DNA from: a virus
DNA length: 64,000 nt
IMG/VR virus record: IMGVR_UViG_3300042197_002762
Coordinates: 1-64,000 of that record
Reading direction: 5' to 3' (one strand)
In this document: positions 32,541 to 41,820 of the stretch, one piece after another
Layout of the letters: each line of letters starts with the position of its first letter
Position numbering within the stretch: the first letter of the stretch is position 1
Made by a program: the position numbers and the translations under genes
Notes under the pieces: model-generated
The model's input: the letters and a program-made list of their open reading frames with translations, nothing else
Told to the model about the DNA's origin: nothing
Databases searched by the model: none

Positions 32541-32768
32541 TTAGCAAGGCGCGCCGCCATAGCAGGGCGCATCTTCGTTTGCGAGGATCTCACAAACAAT
32601 GTCATAGAGTCCTTGGTTTGCTTCAAAGCTCTCTTGCGAGACTTCGTAGCCGTCTCTCCACATGGCAAAACCAGAGAGTTGCAATTGATCGGCATGATCG
32701 AACTCATACTCTGTGCAGAGGTAGTATTCGCAGCCTTGGTAAGTGAAGTAGTCTTCGTATGTGTTCAT
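32541..32768 (-). CDS. small acidic protein
   Basis: MNTYEDYFTYQGCEYYL...; start reassigned. Confidence 0.7.
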   Translation of the reverse strand: MNTYEDYFTYQGCEYYLCTEYEFDHADQLQLSGFAMWRDGYEVSQESFEANQGLYDIVCEILANEDAPCYGGAPC

Positions 32769-32769
32769 G

Positions 32770-32952
32770 TTATTCTTTTCCCAAGTATTCAGCGACTTGA
32801 GAAGGTGTTGCAACCTTCAGAGTGCGCGTGTAGAACAGGCCCATCTTACCATGATGATGAGCGTGAGTCTTGTCGCCTTCGTTGCGAATGACGCGGTAGA
32901 CTGTTGCGCCGCTCACCCAGAGCTGGCCTTTTTGTGGTGTTTTATTTTTCAT
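32770..32952 (-). CDS. hypothetical protein (leaderless)
   Basis: TTGACT-N16-TACATT-N6-ATG. Confidence 0.75.
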   Translation of the reverse strand: MKNKTPQKGQLWVSGATVYRVIRNEGDKTHAHHHGKMGLFYTRTLKVATPSQVAEYLGKE

Positions 32953-32995
32953 GCTTTTAATGTATCAGAGTTGAGGAAAAAGTCAAGGGATTTTT

Positions 32996-33178
32996 TTACT
33001 TTCTCACAAGTTTTTTTTCCCATACCAGAGCATCAACCCTGTGGAACTTTACCTCGTAGGAGCCTTTAGCAGTCCAACCCTTGAACACACGGAGGTTTAA
33101 CCCTCCGAACGTGCAGACCGCTTTGTTGCGAGCGGCATAAGCGTTGATGTCGGTGCTGGTGTAGTATTTCTTTTTCAT
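32996..33178 (-). CDS. hypothetical protein (leaderless), first gene of the leftward early block
   Basis: TTGCTT-N16-TACATT-N6-ATG. Confidence 0.75.
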   Translation of the reverse strand: MKKKYYTSTDINAYAARNKAVCTFGGLNLRVFKGWTAKGSYEVKFHRVDALVWEKKLVRK

Positions 33179-33253
33179 GCTTACAATGTAGCACAGATGC
33201 GGGAAAAAGCAAGGGATTTTTTTACTATTTTGAAAATTATTTTTGTTGACAAT

Positions 33254-33700
33254 CCCCCCCTATTTTTGAAAAAATTCGAACGTTCGTTTTATTTTTTAGG
33301 GCCGGGGGGGTGAAATTTCAATCTCCTGAATATTTATTTTAATTAATTTAATTTAACCTGTCTTACTCTATATGTATATTCTATCTATTCTCTTTATATA
33401 TACCCCCCTGCCCTTTTCTAAAAACAATACGACTATTGTATTCAATATATACAAATCAATTTGAAAATTTGGCGGGGTATTTTTCTTTTTATTAATTTAA
33501 TTTAACCAGTTACTCTTATTCTTACTATTATATATAATTCCTATACATATTCCTATAGTAATGTATAAGTTTGGGGGGTATTTCTATATATATGTACCCC
33601 CTGCCCTTTTTTAAAACTTTGGGGATAAAATAATAATTATAATAATAATCAAATCAAAAAAAATCGGGGGCTATATTTTTTCTGTAATTTTAATTTAACT
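33254..33700. repeat. three imperfect AT-rich modules (C-tract ... G-tract ... AATTTAATTTAAC); candidate origin or terminus region
   Basis: C-tracts at 33254, 33403, 33597; G-tracts near 33299, 33471, 33666; no ORF. Confidence 0.7.
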
Positions 33701-33905
33701 ATGGTCACAATAATGTCACTTGATTATTCTACATATTACTGTAATATAATGGTATGAAAGGGGGTTTTCTAAATGATATCACTAGGCATGATTATCACAA
33801 TAATCAATTTCAAATTTATACTTATTGGGTATATCGCAATGCTTACAGAATTTTTTCCCAGCAGCACTCGTTAATGAATGTTGCTAGGCAATGGTTTTGT
33901 TTAAG

Positions 33906-34304
33906 TTAAGGATTATACAGTAAAACATTTTCTGCATATTCAGCCCAAAGTACTTTACTCATTGGGTGCATAAGTTGTACTATTTTATATGGATCATATA
34001 TTGGGTATTGACTTAATTGATAACTGGCAAACGCTGGATCATATACATATGTACTATTTTTATAGACATATAACGTAACAGCATGCCCAGATTTTGCCCC
34101 TTTCAATTTATACAAAAGAATCTTTGCCCAAACATTAGATTCATTTAATATATTTTGGGCTTCAATTGCGTATTGATACTGAATCGCATAAATCAAACAC
34201 CCGTTATTAAGAATGATATCTTCTTTTTCTGGTTTTGTGGAATAATTCGGAATAATACCCAAAACTATTACAAAAATTAATAATAAATAAAATGTTTTTA
34301 CCAC
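33906..34304 (-). CDS. exported protein with a possible Cys-His-Asp (transglutaminase/papain-like) triad
   Basis: N-terminal TM segment; NNGCLIYA ... GHAV ... YVYDP. Confidence 0.55.
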   Translation of the reverse strand: MVKTFYLLLIFVIVLGIIPNYSTKPEKEDIILNNGCLIYAIQYQYAIEAQNILNESNVWAKILLYKLKGAKSGHAVTLYVYKNSTYVYDPAFASYQLSQYPIYDPYKIVQLMHPMSKVLWAEYAENVLLYNP

Positions 34305-34358
34305 AAATTAAATTACACAAACATTTTTATTTTTTATATAATCATATACAGTTTAAAT

Positions 34359-35180
34359 ATGAAAATTGTTTTTAGCTACATTCATAGTTCAATAGATAAA
34401 CCCATGGATTTAAACATGGCTAGACTCTCATTATATTTTATAAAAAAACTTAATTATCCTACATGTATATATTTAGATCAAAAAAATTTTAATAAATTTG
34501 ATAATTTAAAATATGATGAAAAAATTTTATTAGACCAGTCAATTTTAGATAAGTTACCATCAAATGTTTGGTCATTAGGTAAATTATTAGTTTTTTCGCA
34601 AATTAAAGAGCCTTTTATTCATATAGATTTTGATTTATTCTGTATGCAAGATAATTTTAAATATTTTTTAAATGAAAAATTTTTAGCTTTTCATGAAGAA
34701 CCATGGACAGACTTTGATATATATGAGACCGATATAAAACATGCTTTTTCTCAAATCGAACTTCTTAAAAATCAAAATATTAATGATATTAAAGTTTATA
34801 ATTGCGCCGCAGTTGGCGGCAATGCTATTCCAGAGATAAATAAATCTGCCCAATTGGTTTTAGAATATGCAATAAAAAATAAAGATTATTTTTTAAAGAG
34901 AGATGAATTTTATAATAGTATATGGAGTGTTTCCGTATTCTTTGAACAACTTCTATTTATGAATCTTGTTAAGAAATTATTATCAAGTGATGTTACCTGC
35001 ATATTAGATGAAAAAACAAGTACAGAAAAACACCAACCTCTTTTAAATTTATGCGATAAGATAGGAGTTGATTTTATAGTCGAAGAAATGGCAAGAAAAA
35101 ATATTATCCATCTTTGGGGATCAAAAGAAAAATTTCTAAAAAACTTTTATCTACTATTACAATCTAGAAAAATTAATTAA
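34359..35180 (+). CDS. DUF6734-like putative glycosyltransferase
   Basis: WSLGKL....IKEPFIHIDFDLF, YNCAAVGGN, EQ. Confidence 0.6.
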   Translation: MKIVFSYIHSSIDKPMDLNMARLSLYFIKKLNYPTCIYLDQKNFNKFDNLKYDEKILLDQSILDKLPSNVWSLGKLLVFSQIKEPFIHIDFDLFCMQDNFKYFLNEKFLAFHEEPWTDFDIYETDIKHAFSQIELLKNQNINDIKVYNCAAVGGNAIPEINKSAQLVLEYAIKNKDYFLKRDEFYNSIWSVSVFFEQLLFMNLVKKLLSSDVTCILDEKTSTEKHQPLLNLCDKIGVDFIVEEMARKNIIHLWGSKEKFLKNFYLLLQSRKIN

Positions 35181-35945
35181 AGCTTGTTTGCTTCTCATGG
35201 CGTGTACAATTGCTGGCTGTACAATAATTTTTTCATAGGTCATGTAAGAAGTATATTCCCATTTCCTATTTTCAGGGATAACATCTTTAAAATTATCGGT
35301 CCAATCGCTGGCCCAATAATCTGTAAAATTTTCTAAAAATCTATCTTCAACTCTTGGTGACATTAGATGAGAAAGATATGCAATAGATACTTCTTCTGGC
35401 ACAATAATGTTATAATGTCTTAACTTATTATGAAATTCATAAGCTAAAATATTAGCTTGATCAATAAATTCTTTCTGACATATCCAAAATCCCCCATTGC
35501 TATTCCTAATTTCTTTAGAAAGCACTCCATTTTTACGCATGAAAGTTTCCATTATATGATTTGGCACTTGCCACCAGTCTGGTCTTTTCGTTTTAGTAGA
35601 ATTAATTGGGCTTTCTAAAAAGGAGTGCCAAGGACTATCTTGAATTACGTCCAGCGGCGATATCTCAGGCTTTCTTACAAAATAATGGTCAGCATCAATA
35701 AAAACAAAATAATCATAATCTAATTTTTTAATTTCATGTTTTAAATATTCAAATTTAAAAAATTGTAATTTGTCTAAATTAATATTTTTATTTAGCCTAA
35801 AATTGAAACAATTATTTATCGGCTTTTCAGTAAAAGCATAAAAATCTTCTTTTATTCCCACTTCTCGCGCAGAATTAATCATGGATTGCGCTATATAATC
35901 ATAATCACCCCAAGAAATAGTCCAATAACAAATTTTTTTATTCAT
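35157..35945 (-). CDS. GT-A fold glycosyltransferase-like protein
   Basis: YDYFVFIDADHYF (DxD), NGGFW, PEE. Confidence 0.65.
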   Translation of the reverse strand: MNKKICYWTISWGDYDYIAQSMINSAREVGIKEDFYAFTEKPINNCFNFRLNKNINLDKLQFFKFEYLKHEIKKLDYDYFVFIDADHYFVRKPEISPLDVIQDSPWHSFLESPINSTKTKRPDWWQVPNHIMETFMRKNGVLSKEIRNSNGGFWICQKEFIDQANILAYEFHNKLRHYNIIVPEEVSIAYLSHLMSPRVEDRFLENFTDYWASDWTDNFKDVIPENRKWEYTSYMTYEKIIVQPAIVHAMRSKQALINFSRL

Positions 35946-36979
35946 ATATTTTTAAAAACGTTTTCCCATAAAGATAATTGTGAATTTTTATTAGCCCAGA
36001 TTGTTTCTGCCATTATTTTTGAGTTATATCCCAGTGTATTTAATAAATCATTATCATTATATAGCTTTAATATATATTCATAGCATTCTTCTACAGTGTT
36101 ATATACATAGCCTGTTCTTTCATGCCAAATCATATTAGGAAAATTCCCTTCATTAGGAACTATACAGGGGATTCCCAATAGTTGCGCTTCAACAATAGAC
36201 CTTGATTGATTTTCTGTATAATTGTGGTGACAAGTGAATACGTATAAATCTAACTGCGACAAAAACTCTATAATATTTTCTTGATTCTCATTTAGAACTT
36301 CGAAGTTTTCTCCAAAATTAAACCAACTATATTTTTGTTTTAATTTATCATCCCACCCCATAAATCTAAAATGAACATTAGGGATATTTATTTTTTTATA
36401 AAAAAGCGGGAAATTCTCACTATATTTTGTCCATTCCGCCCTTGACAATTTACCAATTACAAATTTATCTTTTAGATAAGATTTTTTATTGATGCTTTGA
36501 TATTTAGATGAATTAAAATAATTGGGAATAATATAATTTTTAACTTGACTAAAAAGTGGATTTACTTTTACTAAACGCTTTTGATGAAAATCACTAGTGA
36601 ATATAGCGGCATTAACAAGTCCATTTTCTATAGCCGCACCTTCTTCTTTAGAAGACCACATCATATCATTAGACCATATAAATTTTAGCCCAATATTTTT
36701 TATTTTTTCTAATTTCCAAGAATCTTGGAAAATTCTGAAGTTACAAAAAGCTATAGCGTACCCATTACTTTTAGTGGGTAGTGTATCCCACGTAAGAACT
36801 TTAACATTATTTTTATTTAAAAAATCAATATGATCTTGATCTTTTAAACGAAATTTATCGTTTGGAATACAAAATAAATTATACTTATTAGATTCCGCAA
36901 ATAATTCGATTAAGTCTTTTAATCTAGTATCAGCACCCCCAAGATTAGACGGCCACTGAAAAAAATAAATATTTTCCAT
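35942..36979 (-). CDS. GT4-like (GT-B) glycosyltransferase
   Basis: GGADTRL, IGKLSR, LDLYVF...ENQSRSIVEAQLLGIPCIV. Confidence 0.8.
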   Translation of the reverse strand: MENIYFFQWPSNLGGADTRLKDLIELFAESNKYNLFCIPNDKFRLKDQDHIDFLNKNNVKVLTWDTLPTKSNGYAIAFCNFRIFQDSWKLEKIKNIGLKFIWSNDMMWSSKEEGAAIENGLVNAAIFTSDFHQKRLVKVNPLFSQVKNYIIPNYFNSSKYQSINKKSYLKDKFVIGKLSRAEWTKYSENFPLFYKKINIPNVHFRFMGWDDKLKQKYSWFNFGENFEVLNENQENIIEFLSQLDLYVFTCHHNYTENQSRSIVEAQLLGIPCIVPNEGNFPNMIWHERTGYVYNTVEECYEYILKLYNDNDLLNTLGYNSKIMAETIWANKNSQLSLWENVFKNI

Positions 36980-37019
36980 TATCGTTAATTATAACGATAA
37001 TTTTTAAGAATGTAAAGTA

Positions 37020-37424
37020 TTATTTAATTTTAATTTGTTTTGTCCTAGCCTGTTCGGCTTTTTGGGCGGAGATCTTGAGTACACCATGGTCAAGTTCAGC
37101 TTCAATTGTATTTGTGTCTAAAGTTGAAGGAATACTTACTGAATGATAAAACTTAAGATTATCTTGTTCCGCACTAATATGTAAAACATTATTTTCAGCA
37201 GAAAGTTTAATATTCTCTTTACGAAAACGTGGAAGTTCAACTTCTAAGTTATAAGAATCCTTATTTTGTTCTTTAAAACCCAACATATTAGAAAAACTAT
37301 ATTTTGGACTTGTTACAATATTGAAACTATTTGATAATGTAGGCCATAGATGGTTTATATCATCAATAAAGTCCCAAGTTTCCAAAGTGTTATTTAAAGG
37401 TATAAGAGAATAGTTTAAATTCAT
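37020..37424 (-). CDS. small heat-shock protein (Hsp20)
   Basis: YNLEVELPRFRKENIKL...IEAELDHGVLKI. Confidence 0.88.
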   Translation of the reverse strand: MNLNYSLIPLNNTLETWDFIDDINHLWPTLSNSFNIVTSPKYSFSNMLGFKEQNKDSYNLEVELPRFRKENIKLSAENNVLHISAEQDNLKFYHSVSIPSTLDTNTIEAELDHGVLKISAQKAEQARTKQIKIK

Positions 37425-37529
37425 AGTGAGAAATTAGACTCACAGTTTTTACATTCGTTCAAAAAAATTTTTAATCAGGTAAAATAAAAGTGTCCTATAT
37501 TTACTAAGTGTAAATAATAATGTTCTTTC

Positions 37530-38258
37530 ATGAAGTCTAAAAAAGAAAAACCTCGTGACGTTTCTCCGTATACGGAGAAGAAAAAAACAAAATTAATTAA
37601 TATTGATCTCAATATTAGAGAATTACCATGGACAGATAAACAAAAAGAGTTTATAAAACTGGCTAATGATAAAAACACCAAAGTAATTATTACTAAAGGT
37701 GTTGCTGGGACTAGTAAAACACTTCTTGCTGTATATTGCTCTCTACAAAAAATAAGGGATAAAAAAATTAGCGAAATTTATTATAGCCGCGTTCCTGTAG
37801 AGGCTTCTGTTCACGGTATTGGATATATTAAAGGAACATCAGAAGAAAAGATGTCTCCCTATACACATCCGATGGTTGACAAATTAAATGAATTATTAAT
37901 AGAGCCACATGTTAAAGCACTCATGGCCGATGAAAGAATAGTTGGTATTCCTTTGGGATTTTTACGCGGGTTAAATATTTCAAACGCTGCTTTTATTATG
38001 GATGAAGCTCAAAATTGTCGCATCGAAGATTTTCTTCTTGTAATGACGCGCATGGCGAAATTTTCAACTCTATTTATTTGTGGTGATGCTCAACAGTCAG
38101 ATATTAAACAGAGTGGATTTAATAAAGTATTTGATATGTTCAACAGTGAAGAAGCCAAAAAACATGGTATTCATACTTTTGAATTTGGCAAAGAAGATAT
38201 TGTTCGTTCGGAAATTCTTTCTTATATTATAGAACAATTTGAAAAATCTAAAAAATAA
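37530..38258 (+). CDS. phoH: PhoH-family ATPase
   Basis: GVAGTSKT, LRGLN, IMDEAQN, ICGDAQQSDI, DIVRS. Confidence 0.92.
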   Translation: MKSKKEKPRDVSPYTEKKKTKLINIDLNIRELPWTDKQKEFIKLANDKNTKVIITKGVAGTSKTLLAVYCSLQKIRDKKISEIYYSRVPVEASVHGIGYIKGTSEEKMSPYTHPMVDKLNELLIEPHVKALMADERIVGIPLGFLRGLNISNAAFIMDEAQNCRIEDFLLVMTRMAKFSTLFICGDAQQSDIKQSGFNKVFDMFNSEEAKKHGIHTFEFGKEDIVRSEILSYIIEQFEKSKK

Positions 38259-38273
38259 AGTGTAAATTTTGTA

Positions 38274-39407
38274 ATGAGTTTAACTTTTACGAAAAATGGC
38301 GCGAATCAAATAGATTTTAAAGGCGAAGGCGATAAAAAAAATCTATTAAATCCTGATTTTCAAATTCCAGCATTAACGATTGAAAACGGGGTGTTAAAGT
38401 TAAATGGTAATACTTTTTCGGGCATCGGTGTTAATCATCATAGACTTGTACAAGAAAGAGTATTAGCAGATCCTCAAAATTTTTCCTACCTAAACGGGAT
38501 AACGCAACTCGCTCTTTTTAAGATTCCTTTTGCTCGTGTGGGTTTAAATTTCTATCCAATAGATGCAAATATTTTCTTTAATGACCGAAATAAATATTAT
38601 GAAAGGATTGATGGTTTAATAGATTTATTTTCTAAATGCAACATAGGTTTGATACTTGTATTTTCTTGGCGTCATTATACTTTTTGTGATATCGCTGGAG
38701 AAAATGTTGACCAACTAGGAAATCCAAATAGTCTTACCAGGGCATTATTAAGAGAATTTGTCTCTGAAGTAGTTAATAGATATAAAACTTCTAGAATCGT
38801 ATGGGCGTGGGAAATGGGGAATGAGTGGAATTTATCTGCGGATTTGCCTAATGCGACAAATCATTTACCCCCGACAAACACTTCACAAGGCAATCCTTCA
38901 ACTAGAGACCCTGTAAGAGATATTCTTGTTACAGATGATATGCTGTCAACAATGATTGATATAGGTACACTTGTTAAGTCCTTGGACCCCAAGAGACCGC
39001 TTAGTACAGGACATTCTTTATCAAGAGATAGTCAATGGCATCAAGACCAATGGCAAAGAGGTTTTATCCCAATCCAAAATGCTTGGGATGATGATTCCCC
39101 AGAAGAAGCTGAAATAATGGCTATAAGGCATTGCCCAGATCCTTATGATTTATTCAGCGCCCATGTTTATCCATACAATTATCCTAAACTGGAAGAGTTT
39201 GCGGGATATGCTACAAATATGGAAAAACCACTGTTTGTGGGAGAGTTTGGAACAAGTGTTGCTGAAGAAGCAGATTTTGGAGCGGTATTATCAACTGTGA
39301 AAACATATGCTCCGATTTCAGCCTTATGGACTTATGATAGACCCTCTGATACATTTAATGTTTCGACAACAAATAGTAGAAAATGGATGTTCCAAGCTAT
39401 TTTATAA
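38274..39407 (+). CDS. glycoside hydrolase family 5-like (cellulase/mannanase fold)
   Basis: GIGVN, FARV, WAWEMGNE (acid/base), SAHVY, PLFVGEFG (nucleophile). Confidence 0.8.
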   Translation: MSLTFTKNGANQIDFKGEGDKKNLLNPDFQIPALTIENGVLKLNGNTFSGIGVNHHRLVQERVLADPQNFSYLNGITQLALFKIPFARVGLNFYPIDANIFFNDRNKYYERIDGLIDLFSKCNIGLILVFSWRHYTFCDIAGENVDQLGNPNSLTRALLREFVSEVVNRYKTSRIVWAWEMGNEWNLSADLPNATNHLPPTNTSQGNPSTRDPVRDILVTDDMLSTMIDIGTLVKSLDPKRPLSTGHSLSRDSQWHQDQWQRGFIPIQNAWDDDSPEEAEIMAIRHCPDPYDLFSAHVYPYNYPKLEEFAGYATNMEKPLFVGEFGTSVAEEADFGAVLSTVKTYAPISALWTYDRPSDTFNVSTTNSRKWMFQAIL

Positions 39408-39447
39408 AATCGGAGTGATCATAATAAATAAAGTGTAATAGTTATAA

Positions 39448-40491
39448 ATGGCTATTAGAAATATAATACAAAAAGCAGAACAGGAATATCCTCCAGTTGT
39501 TGGTGGGGTATCTGGGGATTTATCTATTTATTATACGAAAGATAACCCAAGCGGGTTTATTACCACTGGCGATTTGGTAGACTTAGAATTAAGAATCGCT
39601 GGAGATATTGTTTATACCACTGGAAATCAAACAGTTAGTGGCATTAAAGATTTCACCTCTCGTCCTACCGTTAATACAGTTCCAGTTTTATTAAGCGGAG
39701 AAGTTAATACTGTCATTAGCGGCGTATTTTTTACAGCAGAAGTCAATATTAAAAATGATAATGGTTCTACAATATTTAAAGGGCAACCAGTTTATGTGTC
39801 TAGCGCTGCTGGCACAAATATTTTAGTCAAATTGGCAAGTAATACCGGAGAAGCAACATCCTCTAAAACTTTTGGACTCGTTAATCAGTCGAGTTTAGCG
39901 CAAAATGCAAATGGGACTGTTGTTACAGAAGGTTTGCTCCAAAATGTAAATACTTCTGCGGCTGGAAATGAAGGCGATCCAATCTGGCTGGGCACAACTG
40001 GTGATTTAATTTATGGTTTAACTAATAAACCAAAAGCCCCAAATCATCTTGTTTATCTTGGCGTTGTTACAAAAAAACACGCAACGCAGGGTGAAATTTT
40101 TGTTCATATTCAAAATGGTTTTGAAATTGACGAATTGCATGATGTTAGAATCATTAATAAACAAAATAGGGACGTAATTATTTATAACAGTGGTAGTGGA
40201 TTATGGCTTAATAGACAACTTAATATAAATGATATTTCTGGCTCAAATAATATTGTTTATACCACTGGCGACCAAACCATTAGTGGAAACAAAACATTTC
40301 AAGCCAATGAATATAATTTTGATGGCGCAGATATTTCTATTTATGGCGGCGGAACTTTTGAAGTCAACGCTTCAGTTGAAACAAAAGGAATCCCAAAAGA
40401 CTTGGGTGGAGTGAGTGGCCTTCAAGTAATGACAACTGGGGCTTACAATTCTGGCATTCCACTTTCTGGCGTGGTTTATATTCTAATCTAA
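39448..40491 (+). CDS. virion fibre/appendage-like protein
   Basis: Two VYTTGxQTxSGxK repeats; KGQPVY...GVVT...IFVHIQNG...LHDVRI module. Confidence 0.6.
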   Translation: MAIRNIIQKAEQEYPPVVGGVSGDLSIYYTKDNPSGFITTGDLVDLELRIAGDIVYTTGNQTVSGIKDFTSRPTVNTVPVLLSGEVNTVISGVFFTAEVNIKNDNGSTIFKGQPVYVSSAAGTNILVKLASNTGEATSSKTFGLVNQSSLAQNANGTVVTEGLLQNVNTSAAGNEGDPIWLGTTGDLIYGLTNKPKAPNHLVYLGVVTKKHATQGEIFVHIQNGFEIDELHDVRIINKQNRDVIIYNSGSGLWLNRQLNINDISGSNNIVYTTGDQTISGNKTFQANEYNFDGADISIYGGGTFEVNASVETKGIPKDLGGVSGLQVMTTGAYNSGIPLSGVVYILI

Positions 40492-40745
40492 TGAGACTCG
40501 ACCAAGCAACGGACATTAAATATAATGGAATTTCGGCTAAACAGGTTTATTATAATAATAACTTAATCTGGCCGCAAATTTCTATTGTTAGCGGTCTTTT
40601 CTGGGATTTTGTGGCAAGCCCATCTGGAAAAACATTAACCGCATTCAATGTTCATTTTGAAAATGGCGGTGTCACCGCCGATTGGGGTGATGGAAGTTCC
40701 CAAATCTTAACTTCTAGTGTAAACTATAACAAAACATTCTCTTAA
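40491..40745 (+). CDS. small protein with PKD-like WGDG domain
   Basis: FWDF...GKTL..F.V...DWGDG; paralogous to the C-terminus of 52410-53048. Confidence 0.6.
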   Translation: MRLDQATDIKYNGISAKQVYYNNNLIWPQISIVSGLFWDFVASPSGKTLTAFNVHFENGGVTADWGDGSSQILTSSVNYNKTFS

Positions 40746-40746
40746 T

Positions 40747-41820
40747 ATGGCTGGAATTAGTTTAATATTACAAAATAATCCAACTGTCACACAAATTAAT
40801 TGTGGTACAAGTTCTCCTAAACTCGGTGGCACTATAGACCTTTCTGCTTTTCCTAATTTGCAACAGTTCAGATGTGAGAATCATAATATTACTAATATAT
40901 CGGGTTATGGTAATAATGTCATAACTGCACTTCAAATTCAAACAAATCTTTTATCTGGATCTTTTTTAAACTTAACAGGCTTAAATCAAGTGCAAGTTCT
41001 TTGGATATACAATAATCAGTATAGTGGTTCTTTTCCAACTGGTTTTGCCAATTTAACAAGTTTGGTAAATTTTCGTTGTGAAGCAAATAGATTGACAGGT
41101 TCTATTCCTAGTTTGTCTACATTTCCAGGTTTGCGCTATTTTCAATGTCATAATCAACAAGGAACTACAAAATTAACTGGACCAATTCCTGTTCTTACTG
41201 GGTGTCCAATACTTCAAGAATTCCAATGTCATACAAATCAAATAGGAGGAACTCTTCCTGAAATATCTGGATTAAATAGTTTGCAGTTGTTTCATTGCTC
41301 CGCTCAAGCAGCACCAGGAGGAATAACAGGCTTTTTTCCTGTTTTAAATAACCCAGCTTTAAGAGAGTTTAGAATAGATAATAACTTGGTATCAGGAACC
41401 ATACCCTCTTTAAATAATATCCCCAATATTCAATTATTTTCATGTTTTCAAAATCGCTTAACTGGATCTATCCCAAATTTATCACAATTGACAAGTTTAA
41501 GAGCTTTTTGGGCTTATAATCAGGGGGGGGCAACTAAATTAACAAATTTTGATGGCGGTAGTGTTTCCAATACTTTAGGAGATTTTAGAGCAGATAGTAA
41601 TCAATTATCTTCTACTGCGGTAAATTCAATCTTGGCGGCTTTTGTGGCGGCTGGCAGAACAACTGGAAATGCAACGGGAATAACTCCAGGTTTCTCACTC
41701 TGCACATTAAATTTAGGCGGAGCATCAACTACAAATTTTAGACCAACTGGTCAGGGGGTTAATGATGTACAAACCCTGAGGGATCGTGGTTGGATCGTTA
41801 CAACAGGAACAAGAGTATGA
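40747..41820 (+). CDS. leucine-rich repeat protein
   Basis: About 9 repeats of LxxLxxFxCxxNxLTGxIP type. Confidence 0.85.
   Translation: MAGISLILQNNPTVTQINCGTSSPKLGGTIDLSAFPNLQQFRCENHNITNISGYGNNVITALQIQTNLLSGSFLNLTGLNQVQVLWIYNNQYSGSFPTGFANLTSLVNFRCEANRLTGSIPSLSTFPGLRYFQCHNQQGTTKLTGPIPVLTGCPILQEFQCHTNQIGGTLPEISGLNSLQLFHCSAQAAPGGITGFFPVLNNPALREFRIDNNLVSGTIPSLNNIPNIQLFSCFQNRLTGSIPNLSQLTSLRAFWAYNQGGATKLTNFDGGSVSNTLGDFRADSNQLSSTAVNSILAAFVAAGRTTGNATGITPGFSLCTLNLGGASTTNFRPTGQGVNDVQTLRDRGWIVTTGTRV

Larger units (their letters stand above)
21585..33212 (-). promoter_or_regulatory. set of sigma70-type early promoters with A-tract UP elements, mostly leaderless
   Basis: -35..-10 spans: 21585-21613, 24099-24127, 24863-24891, 26089-26117, 27182-27209, 28767-28794, 29817-29845, 30044-30071, 30797-30825, 31229-31256, 31787-31815, 32175-32202, 32959-32986, 33185-33212. 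Confidence 0.85.

Noticed and set aside
40736-40750. Programmed frameshift fusing the PKD-like ORF to the LRR ORF
   Set aside because: There is no slippery heptamer, and a GTGTAA late motif at 40717 can drive the LRR gene independently.
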